From positions 7,809,962 through 7,873,961 of the forward strand of contig CAVNZM010000007.1 in the NCBI GenBank assembly GCA_963693365.1: DNA of 64,000 nucleotides. Reading direction: 5' to 3'. How positions within the stretch are numbered: position 1 is the first letter of the stretch; the number at the start of each line of letters is the position of its first letter. Made by a program: the position numbers and the translations under genes. Below are positions 31,487 to 44,490 of this stretch, one piece after another. Source of the DNA: Amoebidium appalachense (Eukaryota; Protista; Ichthyosporea). Below the pieces are notes generated by a model. It was given only the letters and a program-made list of their open reading frames with translations, was not told the origin of the DNA and did not search any database.

Positions 31487-33282
31487 GCGATTGGCTGAAT
31501 GTCAGTCGGGCCAACGGTCATTTATTGGGCGAGCGTCATGCGTAGGAAAAGTTGCGATGGGATGAAAGGGGGGGGGGGGGGGGGGGGGGGACGGGTTCTG
31601 TCCACTAATTTTAGTGTGTTGGTGCGGCCTGAAAGGGTTGCACTTTCTGTGATGGGGTAGCTGTAGTCTTTCGAGGTTAGAATCTTTTCTATTGATGTAA
31701 TGTGGGGGGGCTAACCAGCTAGTCATGTCAAATAGTTGTGGATGATATTAGACCAATAATGATGAATCATTATCTAGTCGATGGCGTAATGTGGTGTGTA
31801 AATAGGCAGGCGGGCATCTGGGATGTCCCAAGCACCAATACCACGCAAAGCTGTCAACATACTTCCTTTACTCTGGGCCTTTTTTCTTCTCTTCCCCCCC
31901 CCTCCCCCCCCCCCCCCCCCTCCTTCCCCTCCCCTCCCCCTCCCACACACACACACACATGCATGCGGCGCACACCACCGCCACCCTAGCGCACACATTT
32001 CTGCTCTAGGTGCGAATGGAGCTTTTCTGTTACCTCTTGATTCTCCATGGGAGTGTGGGGCAAACCATCTCCCCCGCCCCCCCCCCCCCCCCCCCCCCTT
32101 CCCCAGCATATGCACACACACATACATCCCTATCTTCTTCTTGGACCTCATGCTCTGTTGAAATCGCCTATAAGCCTGAGGCACGTGCACACGTGAACCA
32201 TGGCCACCGTCACCCACCGTAACCGTCACAGCATCATTAGTAACCACTATAGATCTAGACTAAGTCCCCGGCCAGCTTATCCATCAGCAGCAACAACAGG
32301 CTCTCCCGGCCCCCCCCCCCCCCCTTCCCCCCGCCCCCCTAGCTAGGAGCTCCCCCCCTCCCCCCTCCCCTCGGCGCATGGGGAGCCATCCAACCACGCT
32401 TATCCCCGCGCATACGCCCCGCGATACTAGTTGCGCGCATGGCCACGGTCTTTTTTTCAGAGGGCCGTGGCATGGCCCTATGGATGCCCGACATATGATA
32501 CCGGTACACCATGTGTACACAACCGTGGGCACCAGGCACTGCGACCGGCCGCCCTCCTGGGCTACACAAACACCCAGTATATATGCGCATCGAATCGGAT
32601 TCCCGGCTACGTATAAGTACATCGGCCCTGCAGCCCCCTCTCACCAATGAATTCAGCTGACTAATATATGATAAGCAAGTGCATGCGCACCACCATGTGC
32701 ATATGTGTTGAATTTGTGATTGGCGGGACTCCGAGAGCGTGAATCAGATGCCATTGCACTCTGACAGCTTGCATTAATTAAGTGTTTAAGGGGATCCCCT
32801 TGCTGTGATTTTTGGAAATTCCACGCATTCGATTGGATACCGGTTATCCAATCGAAGAGGTTATATTGAATTGAATCTAAAATAAATAGACTTGTTTGGT
32901 TAGTCAAGATCCGGTATTACCATTGGCTGTAGGAATCACGATTTTGGCCGCGGAGACCCACAGTCGTGATTTCGGGGCCGAAAAGTGCCTGTAAATTTTA
33001 GTAGCCTATCGAAAGTACATCATAAATTGGCTTGTATCACACGGTGTCGACGGCAGCCACACACAGGCTTTCCCGCCAAAGTTTGGCGCAGAGAGCTCGG
33101 AGAGTTCCCGGCCGAGGACGGCGCCCTGCCGGCCCGCCCTGCGGCGCCTGGAGCGCCCGGCGGTGGTTGCCTGCACCCCAGGGGGAGCATGGGGGACGCA
33201 GGGGAAAAGAAATGACAGTAATAAAACAGGAACTAGTACACCTCATTTGTTCATCACATCTTTTTTTCAAACATGTTCGAAC

Positions 33283-34700
33283 ATGGCGGACAAGAAAGGT
33301 AGGAAGAGAGTACAAAAACGCTCAGACAATCCTACCAAGCTCACAAAGAAACAGCTACTAAAACTGCTAGCTGAACGCAAGAGAAAGAATAACGTCGAAG
33401 AAGAAAACAACACAGACACTAGTGCAGAGGATACACAACGGGAAACCACACAGGAACAGAGCGAGGTTAGCTCAAACAGTCAGGAAAGCACCCATAGTGA
33501 GACCAGCGTTAATACTGGGGGAGGGGGGGTATCACCCCCTTCCCCCGCCCATAGTAGCCCCAATAGCCCTAGTGTAGGTAAAAGCGAATCGGAGGAAGAA
33601 TGCACCCCCCCTCGCAAAAAGCATAGAGCAGAGCTTGAAGCTACAAACACACATGCAAACACACCCACACCCACAACCACACCACGGAACGACCCCGCAG
33701 AGGGAGCAGCACAGCATGCTGTCGAGTTTGAAAATCATAGCGACGATTCCCACTCAGGTAGTGATGGCTATGACAGCAGCAGCAATGCTGAGGATGCGGG
33801 CAAGGAAAGCGGTAGCAGTGTTGGGGGCTACAAGTCCGTAGGCTCTAGTGACTATTCAGACGCCGTTCCCCTCAGAGTGATGGTCCGCCTTAGCGAACGT
33901 AGGGGTTCTCTGGGGACCGAAAATGACCCACCCGCAGCTAGCATCGACCCGGTTGATGCACAAAACGCGAGTGCACAAGAAACAGAAACCACAGCCCCAC
34001 TATCTATAAATCCGGATGCAACCACCAACCCCACCAGCTCACCAACCCGAGGCTTACCCCCTAAAAAACCACGTATGCCACGCACACACCCAGATGAAAG
34101 CATAATCGAAGAGGGGCTCAAGTTTTCTAATGCTGGTCTTGATGGGAAATCGATAAAGCCCATGTACATACTCCAACACGTAGACATTTTCATACAGACC
34201 ATTTGTGACAACATGCTTTGTAAACATTGTCAAAAACCATACACGAGACGATCCGCACATGCGAGACGGACACGGGTACCCTTGGGCAAACCCTTGACCT
34301 CGATGCTTGCAACGCGGTACAACACAAAACGCCTGTTTAGGGACGAGACCACCAACAGGCATACCATTCGGATTTATGTAGTGACGGTACTTGTAATAAA
34401 AAACTTCATCTTCTAGTGCAGCTATATCTCGCACCTCTTGAACGAGTGAGTGTTCGCACGCACAATACAGCTCGGGCGTCCCTTGACAGTTAGGGCAAAC
34501 GGCGAACTCGTCGTTCTCACTCATATTTACTTAGTATGTGCTTGTGCGCGTTTGAACAACAAAGAAAGTGAGCAGTTCTGGGCGTGTCACGCCTTTTGTA
34601 CCCTCTCGTCGCGAGGAGGAACTTCGAGGAGGGTAAAAAAATCAAGGGGAACAATGTTCCCTCTGGCGTTCACTATGACAAGAGCCCCAGGCAGTTGAGA
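33283..34700 (+). pseudogene. Intronless ORF (33283-34416): basic N-terminus, long S/E/T/P-rich linker, then a CxxC region that degrades by frameshifts; probable transposase remnant
   Basis: MADKKGRKRVQKR... then YILQHVDIFIQTICDNMLCKHCQKP, with a plausible continuation in another frame (ETDTGTLGQTLDLDAC). Resembles the zinc-binding start of Kolobok/Mutator-like transposases by eye only. Confidence 0.4.
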
Positions 34701-35558
34701 CGTGCCCAGTAGCGTTGATATAATACACATATGTATAAGCCATAAAACAATAAGTAAACGCTTCATTGGTAAGGTAAAGAATCAATATTCATGCATATCA
34801 TATATGATGGCCGTATGAATTCGTACTTCTTCTTCCTATGCACCGCCGAGGCCGGAGGGTGTTGCTCTACCTAGCTCCAACTACAGCCCTGCCTACCAAG
34901 TAGCCTGGAAACCACATAGCGCATGACAATAATCCAATGGCAGATAGCCCTATTATGGTCCCTAGTGGACTAATTGGAAAAATGGCATATCGCTAATATA
35001 TTTGCCATGAAAAGCCTTACTATACTCTAAAATTGAATAAAGATATACATATAACCACGTTTTTACCGACAGGTACTACACAACAGCGCCTTGGTTTGTA
35101 TAACTCACAGGAACACGAAGGATTACATCTATGTAAAGCCCAATCAAATCTTCCTGTTGATCCAGCATTTCGGCGCCAAAAAACCTTATTGCGCGATCTG
35201 ATTGGCTTTGCGAGGTCAACTGGCGGGAAAGCGAATGCGTGTACAGCCAATCACACGAGACTGGCGTGCACTGAATTTTGGGTGGTCGCAGAGTAGGGCA
35301 AACACACGCCGTACGGCTGGAAAGAGGCCTCTGCGAACCAGATGCAGACCGTAAACCTATCGGGGGTTTACGCTGTTTACTCGAGGCAAAGAGAACCAGT
35401 CTCAGGTATGGGGGGGGGGGGGTTTGCTCGGAATATCCCCTCAGCGGTATATCATGATCACGTACATAGATGTCGGGTGGTGACTATATATCAGGGTTTA
35501 CTTTCTCTACGAGACACCATAAAGACTACAAGGAGAAATCAATTAGTTGGGGTTCCCC

Positions 35559-35598
<40 letters not shown>

Positions 35599-35628
35599 GG
35601 GCTCCCCTCGGGACACTCGGTATCAGCT

Positions 35629-35629
<1 letters not shown>

Positions 35630-35682
<53 letters not shown>

Positions 35683-36940
35683 TGTGTGTGTGTGCGCGTG
35701 CGCTGTAATTTTGTAGTGATGTGTTTCTCAAGCCAATCAATACATCTAATAAACAGGTCGTAGTTACGCGTGTTTAGTATAAAATCAAGGATGTTGTAAT
35801 TTACAGGTAGGCTATCTTTCTGGGTGTCTGTTGTGAATGTGACGTGTGTGTGTTGCGGTATTATGTGGTCTATCAAACTACATTTGGCGATACATGACCG
35901 GTTAAACTGGTGTGTGTGTGTGTTGTTTGGGCATGCAAATGATGCCACCTTATACTTATTAGATCTCCACTGTATAGCACGTGTACAGTAAAAGCGTGGT
36001 AATTGATCAATAATACCATCAGCTAGAGAAAGACCAGTTCTACAGGAAGGTAATATGTATTTAGGTGTTATACACTTGCGAGTGCCATATTTGGCAATAT
36101 GGTTGAGGCGGTCAGTATATATAAAACGAGACATAAGGCTTAGTTTTTCAAGGTGTATGCTTTCATCGGGTCTAGTGTCGTGTGGTATCTTTTTCCATTT
36201 GTTATATTGCGTGATTATCTTGTGATTGTGTACATGTTTAATAAGTAAGTGGCAGTCCAAAGTCACACACACACTATTGCGGGGTTTATTTGTATTTGTG
36301 CCCAGGGGAGAAGGGGAGAGAGAGGGGAGGAAAGAGGGGAGAGGTGAGGAGGGGACAGGTCGGATAGAGAAGAGAGGGTGGGAGGGCAAATACTTCTTTA
36401 AGCGGCTTATGTGCTTATTGAATTTCAGCGCGAGATAGGATACTCTAGCAGCTATTGGGACCAGACCATATATCGAGAGCGTTACAGGCCCAGGTTTACA
36501 ACAGTTGTTAGATAGAAAGGAGGCAACTTCTGCTTCAAGGAAATTTGCCAAGGGTTTAAGCGCTCTAGTTCTCTCTTTCTTGATCCAAGCGGCGAGAAGG
36601 GGTAAACCATATTCACATGCCGGGAAGACAAAAGTGCGAATAAATGTAAGTCTAATAGAAGGATGGAGGGGTGTGTCTTTAAAAATATTAGCCGAGAAGA
36701 AAGCTAACCGCTTACGAGCCAACTCTACCCTCTTTTCGACCATATGGGGAAACATAACACCAACAGAATCAACCGGAACACCAAGATATTTGTATTCTGG
36801 AACTATAGGTACAGGTTTAGATGATAATGTAAATGTGTGTAAATTGTTAGCTATATCAGGTACAAGAACACCACATTTGTCTATGTTAAGGATCATAAGG
36901 TTTGCCTTGCACCACTCTGACACTACATCGAACAATCCAA
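35630..36940 (-). mobile_element. 5'-truncated non-LTR retrotransposon (LINE): end of RT, thumb and Cys-rich C-terminus, with a (CA)n tail
   Basis: LFDVVSEWCKANLMILNIDKC...VPEYKYLGV...FVFPACEYG are post-YADD LINE RT motifs, followed by QWRSN...C...FNRSCIAKC. The YADD motif itself is absent because of the truncation. Confidence 0.8.
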
Positions 36941-37615
36941 AACCCAGGAAAGTGGGGTTGGAAATTCACCACTTAATATCCCCCTCCGGCGGTCGTTCCC
37001 CGTTTCCCTTCCCGACGCCCCCTTTGATACCCTTACTATACAGCACCCACCGTCTATTAGGAAGCAAGCCCTGGGAATTTTGCTGAAGGAAAATGACATT
37101 CGTACGCCTTTAGTATATATTAAAATAAGAATTACCAAGGCTGTAGGTGCTCCTTACGATTTTTTTTTCGAGGTGGATCTGGTTCCTAGAAAACCAGCTG
37201 TGGTCATTACGCTATACACGCCGGCCGCGATCTATTGGTTGAGGCGATCATCTCTCTAAGTGCGGCTCACTAATAGCCGGCCCAAATCGTCGCTTGATTG
37301 GATCAACGTCACGCTCTTATTTTATTAATAAATCCGGAGATATATGACCCGAAAACCCACCCAGTAGATCCCCTTAATCCTTCGTCGAATCTATCTGTGT
37401 CGTCACAGTGCAAGCTTTCCATGTCGTCGTAATTATTTCATGGCCGAGGACATGTAAGATAAGATCAAGTACATAACAAGCTTCATACATGTACCGAGTC
37501 ATTATCGGGGTATCTGACGGTCTAAGCCAACAAGGAGACGAATAGGTGGATAAATATTTGCGCCACGGTGGTGCTACCGGGGGTCTGGAGGTGATCATGA
37601 AGAGGGGAGGTGAGG

Positions 37616-37705
<90 letters not shown>

Positions 37706-37758
37706 AGAGAGAGATAGAAATAGAGGGAGAGCTAGTGTGTGTGTGTGTGTGTGTGACG

Positions 37759-37795
<37 letters not shown>

Positions 37796-38309
37796 CGCGC
37801 GCGAGCGCGGAACAATAATAAGTTCGAGAGACCTCCGGGGAGGGGGGAGGGGGGGAGTGATGTGTAAACCATTGATTTGCTTCCTGAGTTGTCAGTGAGT
37901 TGTCAGAGATTGTGAACAATATTGATGGCATCCAATTACAACACAGGATTATCATAGAGGGAGGGTCACGGTGGGTTGGGCGGAGGGCCCAAGCACGAGG
38001 AGAGAGGGGACGACAGAGAGAGAAGTGGGGTGCGTAGGGAAACTGAGCGGAGCCTCCAGTTTATAAAGGTGAATGGGGATAGCCTCGATTAAACAAAGGT
38101 GGTCACCGTGTAGCCTAGATTGTGGGTGATGGTAGCCGTGAGTGGTGTGTGAGCTTGTGTGTTGCAAGTTTTTTTTGGGGGGGGGGGAGGGGGCGGGGGG
38201 GGGGAGGATTGGGGAGGGGGGGGGGGGGGGGAAGAGGGGGAGGGCAAAGGGGGGGGGGGGGAGCCTCGGAGGGGGGGAAGAGGGGAGGGCAAAGTGGGGG
38301 GGAGGGGGG

Positions 38310-38345
<36 letters not shown>

Positions 38346-38574
38346 AAATGAAGAGGCCTATGGTATCGCCACATGCCTCATGGGCCGCACCCCCTGAACC
38401 CCATTTAAAATTCGGGACCCAGTTGCCTCTTAAAGGCATTCAATCCCCCTATGTACCCCGATCTGAACTCGGTCTCTTTCCAGAGATCCAATCCCTCCCC
38501 CCCTCCCCCCCCCCCCTCCCCCCCACACACACACCCTTGTCTCCCAACCTGGTTTTTGCTTTCACTTTTTTATT

Positions 38575-38825
38575 AGGGTCGTATTCAGCACTGCTGCCTT
38601 TTGCTTGGTACCAGGCCCAAGAGACCTATATACCTGCTTTCTAGACTTAGTCCGTCAAACATGCATGGCAGATATCGAACGATCGGGCTGAATACTTACA
38701 TACGTATGACATAAAGACAGAGGGGCTTATTTAGTTGTCTACGGTGTTGATCTAGGGGGGGTCCGGTACTGAAAATCTACCATTTACTGGGGGGGTCTAA
38801 CGTGGTGTGGTGGTGCTGTGGGGTT
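38575..38825. repeat. Second dispersed repeat family, copy 1
   Basis: Shares GGCCC(C)AAGAGACCTATATACCT.CTTTCTAGAC, GATC.AGGGGGGGTCCGG and GGGGGTCTAAC.T.GTGTGGTGGTGCT with 40395-40630. Confidence 0.75.
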
Positions 38826-38987
38826 TAGGGTAGTGAGATGGATGTTGTATCCCATCTCGTGCACATGTGTGGTTGTGGCTGCTATGTGTCTGTGCAGGTG
38901 TTGTGGGTTGCACGCTTCTACAAAGTTTGTGTGTCTCAGATTTTGGGCAAAGCCGGTAGATGGTGGGTGGTGTGTGTGGCTGGGAAA

Positions 38988-39027
<40 letters not shown>

Positions 39028-39309
39028 CTTCTAGATGTTAACATATATCTTTCTGCGGATCCATGTATGATTTCCGGCAAGTTGTGTTTGTGTTTTGTTG
39101 GGCCCACCGGGTAGAAGTTTCCACCCGCTCCGCCTCCCCCTCCCCACCCGGCCGCCACCCGCCCTCCTTCATCCCCCCCCCCCCCCCCTTCCCCCCCCCT
39201 TCCCCCCCCTGGATCCTCCGAGTCCCACCCATCCCCCCCCCTCCCCCCCCCCCCCCTCCCCCCCCAACCTTCCCCTCCCCCCACTCCGCCACTCCGGGCC
39301 ACCACCAGT

Positions 39310-39753
39310 TCCTATGAGCTGGCGAGCATTACACCTGCCATGATCCCGTTTTCATGCATGACTGGCCATACCTTGTGCGGTGCACATTTTCCTAATAACT
39401 TTGCGGAATAGTATCTCCTTATAGCAGCCGCGTCGCTCTGCTTGTTCGAAAGGGATTGGGGATTTCGCTGTTTACTCGAGGCACAGAGAGGCCAGTCTCA
39501 TCAATAGAGGTGGTTAAAAAGGTCGATCGATCAGTGAGCGCCAATTTAGGCCTTATTGGGAGAGAAGAGGTGGATCAAGGAACTTGAAATTCACCCGGTG
39601 CCAACAGTATTTCCAACCAGCAATGTACAGCACTAGATAACCATTGTGCCGAGATATATCGATGACATGAGTGATAGCGAAACATCTGGGGATACACATA
39701 TTGAACATTACATCTTCTGTAGGCGACTCTGTATGTGTGCACGATGTGTTTGT

Positions 39754-39839
<86 letters not shown>

Positions 39840-40109
39840 AGTGCGGTGATAAATTACTCCACGTGCCTGAACAGACCTGCGGCCCAATCATCAGTGATTC
39901 AGAAAGTTGAACTTCACAGATTATCAAGCCGACGAATTCGAAAGCTAAGTAACGAAATAGGGGAGGTTACTACATGCTATTTGTTATTGACACGTCTAAG
40001 GCCCAGACAGACACCCTTTGGTTTAAAATGCATGGCCCAATACTCTGGCCCCGGGACACGTTCATACCCACTGCCATATTTGGCAAAGCCTCTGAAAAAG
40101 GCTCATGGG

Positions 40110-40110
<1 letters not shown>
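39310..40110 (+). pseudogene. Heavily degraded THAP-domain/Kolobok-type transposase relic, interrupted by (TG)n
   Basis: Fragments HTLCGAHFPNNF and LEIHPVPTVF resemble the THAP CxxHF and AVPTxF motifs, followed by an acidic linker and LQCG. Stops and frameshifts are present. 39460-39500 also matches 35362-35405 inside the Kolobok-like element. Confidence 0.35.
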
Positions 40111-40172
<62 letters not shown>

Positions 40173-40325
40173 TTTGTGTGTGCGCGTGTGCGTGCGTGTG
40201 CATGTGTGCTCGCATGTGTATGTGTGTGTGTTCAGGGGGGAGGGGTGGTTGTTTTTGTGTGCGTGCGTGTGCGTGCGAGCGCACGCGTGTGTGCACGTGT
40301 GTGTGTGTGCGTGTGTGCGCACACA

Positions 40326-40393
<68 letters not shown>

Positions 40394-40394
40394 T

Positions 40395-40630
40395 TAAGGT
40401 TGTAATCAGCACGGGTGCTGTTTTGTGGGTACCGGCCCCAAGAGACCTATATACCTACTTTCTAGACAGAACCCTTCAAACAAACATGCAGTCTGGGTCG
40501 GGCTTATTAATTCCCCATAAAGATAAGGGACTTGTTCTAGTTTCCTATGCCGTTTGATCAGGGGGGGTCCGGTTACGAGAATGTTCCCTACCGACTGAGG
40601 GGGGTCTAACATAGTGTGGTGGTGCTATGT
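40395..40630. repeat. Second dispersed repeat family, copy 2, embedded in (TG)n on both sides
   Basis: Direct, diverged copy of 38575-38825. Confidence 0.75.
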
Positions 40631-40651
40631 GTGTGTGTGTGTGTGTTTGCA

Positions 40652-40753
<102 letters not shown>

Positions 40754-41769
40754 GGAGGGAGTTTGTTGGGGGGGGGGGGGGGGGGAGCAGAAAGGGGAGG
40801 CGAGGAGGAGGGGGGAGGGGGGGGGACAAAAAAAGATAAAAAGCACAATGGCGCAGATACTTAAATTGCAATAGTTCAGGGGTATGAGGAAGAAAACACA
40901 CGCCTACGCGGGCGCACACGCGCGCGCACACACACACACACACCCACACCCACACCCACACCCACACACACCCACACACATACACAACACACATACACAC
41001 ACACACACACACGCATGCGCGCACACACACACACACACAAACACAAACACACACACACACAACACACAACTTACACACCCACCCACCCACCCACACATAC
41101 ACACACACCCCGTGTCTGAGACACAACAACATGCACAAGCACACACACACACCCATAGACACGCACGTTGAACGTCAACCTGCAACTACACCCTGCATAG
41201 CAGTCTAGAAAACAAGGACATGCTCATTGAGTTCACACACGTCTAATTAAGTCACAGTCCGTGCCTCGATAATACAAGATACCCAAGCACATATAGCTGT
41301 GTGGTCTCTACTGCTGAGGGGTTAACTCACAGTGTGTGCGTGCATCCAGGCAGCCAAAGGAAGGTGAATCAGTGATGCCATGACCGTACATGCAGAAATG
41401 ATGGCGCTTGGACCAAGCACGTGCAGACACGATGCCACGATAAAACACAACCAAACCATTTCAGCACAGGATTGTAACAGCCTCGCTTACATGTACGTGC
41501 CCAGGCCTCCAGCCACAACCGGCCATCCCATCAGAGGTATATGCGTGATAACAAGGATGGCCGCCGCAAAAACGACGATGACAAAGCATTGCTTGTACTT
41601 GCACAAGTTTCAACGACCCAGCATCAGATAGAGGTATAGGCACTCTTGCCTTATATACAGACCTTGAACGCGAACATCGCTCGTCAATGGAGCATATATG
41701 CACTTACACTTTTTTTACCCCCCCCCCCCCCCCCCCCCTCCCCATCACCGCCCCTCCCCGCTCCCCCCC

Positions 41770-41805
<36 letters not shown>

Positions 41806-43118
41806 ACCCGACCCCTACCTCTCCCCGTCCCTCCCTTCCCATCTCCCCCCCCCCTCCCCCCCCCCCCCCCCCCCCACCTCTCACCGAAAAGAGAAGACGT
41901 ACAAGCATGAAGAATAAAACACACATACACTCACATGCCCTTGCACACACCGCAGTGCACACACCGCCCAATTTACCGAGCACCAATGCACACCCACCCA
42001 AACGAACAAGCTCACAGAACGTGCATGCATACGATGCACCTATTTACAAACACACAAGCACACGTCATACTCACACACCGTGAGGACTTGCACAGTACCT
42101 GCCTCATGCCAATGCCATCCAGAAGCCCACCTTCGAGGAACGAGCACGAACACACACAGCTAGATATCTTGCGGCACACCGGCAAAGGAACAAGCACACA
42201 CGCACACACATGCACAAACAAAGAAAACGAAAAAAAAATACACACCTATTCTTTTGGGGGGTGGGAAGCTATTACACAAAAATATAGCTATGTGCACATC
42301 CACGTCGCTTTTATGCCATTTATATGTACGTATATATGAGTCGTTAGTATGTTCCTGTTCTCATAATCGAAAATGATATATTCAATAACACACAATCGTG
42401 TTCCAGTCACGTATACCATCATCAGCCTGGGACATGCCAAGGCAGTCGCAAGGTCGGGCCTTTTAGAATCGATCAGCACGAACTTGCCTGCGAGTGTGAA
42501 GCAAGGACTTGACTTTGGGAAACTGCACACAAAAATTGAGCCGGGGCCGGCCACATTACTCCTTACACCCGTCGTGCACGGGCGCAGATGCGCGCTCGTG
42601 AAGGGGATTCGAAGCATGCAAGGACCCGAGCGCACACACAAACTCAAGGCAGGCGCACATATCACACACGTACAGACGACCTGTATCAATATTACTTAGT
42701 AAGGACAAAGAGAATGACATGAGGAGTCCCTCCCTTGCCATCTGGTCACTACCTCATGCATGGTGATCCCGGGACGTCACTTTGCATCCCGGGACAAGTG
42801 ACGACCCGTGTGCACTCACATACCTCCCAACCTCCGAAAGAATAAGCAATCACATACATGTGCTTCCATCTGACCCATAAAAAAGTTGCAATTTTACACT
42901 CAAGGGGCTATTGTATTCACACACACAGGTTAGATACCCTCTCCCAGCGGAGCCGACACTCTAATCTCTTTGCCTCTTTCTTCTCTTTCCCCCACCAGGG
43001 TAAGTGCTCCTTTTCAGTGCGTTTCCATGAAAAAGCACCAGAGAAGAGCAGAGTTTGGCCGTTTGATTCGAGAAGAGATAAAAGAGTACTGGGGGGGGGG
43101 GGGGGGGGGGGGTGGGGT

Positions 43119-43255
43119 TGAATAAGCGTCATAAAGTACGAAGTACACAAGAATAAACGGATAACACGATGCAGAATGCAAGCCATACATAAAGAGTATG
43201 CATGATAAGCAGAGCCCAACCTTAGGGGGGGCCCACACCATCCACAGTACCCGAG
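43119..43255 (-). mobile_element. Short copy of the poly(C)-terminated element downstream of the bZIP gene
   Basis: Closely matches 3681-3817 and is flanked by G-runs on both sides on the plus strand. Confidence 0.85.
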
Positions 43256-43515
43256 GGGAGGGGGGGGGGGGTAGACACCTGTGAACGACAAAGAGTACGG
43301 TAGAAAAACTTATTATTTCATTCATTCAACACGCAACACAGTTGCGCTAAAAAAAGCAAGGCCCAGCCCTGCACTATATACAACAGTTGCGTATCACCGG
43401 CTGAGTGCCCATCTATGGTCAACACTCTTAAGCCATTCTAGAGTCTGTACAGCGGAGCACGTTCATGAATTTCATTACTTCGTTACATTTTCTCGCTAAA
43501 CTTTTGAAGGAAACT

Positions 43516-44268
43516 TTAGTGGGACTCGACAGCAGCTTGCGTTGCTGGTGCAGGAGCCACCGGGCGTGGGCAAATAGGCGTGAAGCCATTGCTATCGCGG
43601 CGCGTAGGGGTAACTTGAGGGGGCTGAAAAGTGGACATGGCCTGGACCTGGGCCATTGCAGTCAGGGCAGCAACCAGAACGGACGGGTTGTTGAGTGCCT
43701 GCTGCTGAAGTGTAAGAGCGTTCTGGACCATAAACTGCTTGAGGTAGTGTGCCTCGGACTCGAGCGTGCGGATGCGGTTCTTAAGGGAGTCGCACTCCTC
43801 CGTCTTGCCAATGACAAAGCTGTCAAGGGCAGCGCGCTCAGCCTTTCTGCGCTCACGGGAGCGTGCCGAGTGCTCACGGCAGCGTGCCAGCTGGGCTGCG
43901 TCGCGCTTCTTTCTCTTGGCCTTGGTGAAGGAGCGTGCTTGCGTCGTACCGGCCTCCATGGGCGACGGCTGTGAATATGATAGCGTCTCAGTGCTGCTAA
44001 GTGCGGTCTCATCATCAAGCAAGTCGAAGTCGAAGCTGTCGTCTTCCGACTGCAACAACCCAAAGTCAAACCGCGCCATCTTGGGCGAAGGCGTGGCTGC
44101 AGCATCGTCGCATGTTGTGTGGCCGTCGGTTTCTGCACCGAAAAACCACTCGAGCTGTTCATAAGAGCGCTTATTATCGGGCGAATACATATCGGATGAG
44201 GGCACCATGTCCCAGGCGGCGTGTCCGCTGTCTACACTTGCGTCGAACATGTTCATTTCGAGCTCCAT
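43516..44268 (-). CDS. Intronless bZIP transcription factor (250 aa) with an atypical basic region
   Basis: Acidic N-terminal region, basic region KAKRKKRDAAQLARCREHSARSRERRK, and zipper LDSFVIGKTEECDSLKNRIRTLESEAHYLKQFM. Confidence 0.85.
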   Translation of the reverse strand: MELEMNMFDASVDSGHAAWDMVPSSDMYSPDNKRSYEQLEWFFGAETDGHTTCDDAAATPSPKMARFDFGLLQSEDDSFDFDLLDDETALSSTETLSYSQPSPMEAGTTQARSFTKAKRKKRDAAQLARCREHSARSRERRKAERAALDSFVIGKTEECDSLKNRIRTLESEAHYLKQFMVQNALTLQQQALNNPSVLVAALTAMAQVQAMSTFQPPQVTPTRRDSNGFTPICPRPVAPAPATQAAVESH

Positions 44269-44342
44269 TGTTCCTTTTTCACTCTAGATGTGGCTGGAAG
44301 GCGGTAGATGGGAAACTGGATGTGATCAGCTGAAGGCTCGCG

Positions 44343-44490
44343 TTTTATACCTATTGGACCTTGTGGGAAAGACAATCCGCTTTGGTGAGAAAAAGCCAAT
44401 CCTCTTCGTAGAAAGGGGTAAAGAGTTTGATCACTCTGTGGCGCACGTTTTTTCCGGCTAACCGGCTTCTGTGCGTTAAGCCAATCAAAC
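44343..44490 (-). promoter_or_regulatory. TATA box and CCAAT boxes upstream of the bZIP gene
   Basis: TATAAAA on the minus strand at 44343-44349; CCAAT/ATTGG near 44353, 44396 and 44481. Confidence 0.5.

Larger units (their letters stand above)
32790..37373 (+). mobile_element. Kolobok-like DNA transposon (TTAA target site, GGGGATC...GATCCCC termini), degraded, with a nested LINE fragment
   Basis: TTAA|GGGGATC at 32786-32796 and GATCCCC|TTAA at 37367-37377, with imperfect inverted similarity over ~25 bp. Encloses a transposase-like ORF. TTAA TSD with RR...YY ends is characteristic of Kolobok. Confidence 0.55.

Noticed and set aside
42373-42699. Non-repetitive ORFs on both strands
   Set aside because: No recognisable domain and no convincing exon chain; cannot be supported without expression data.
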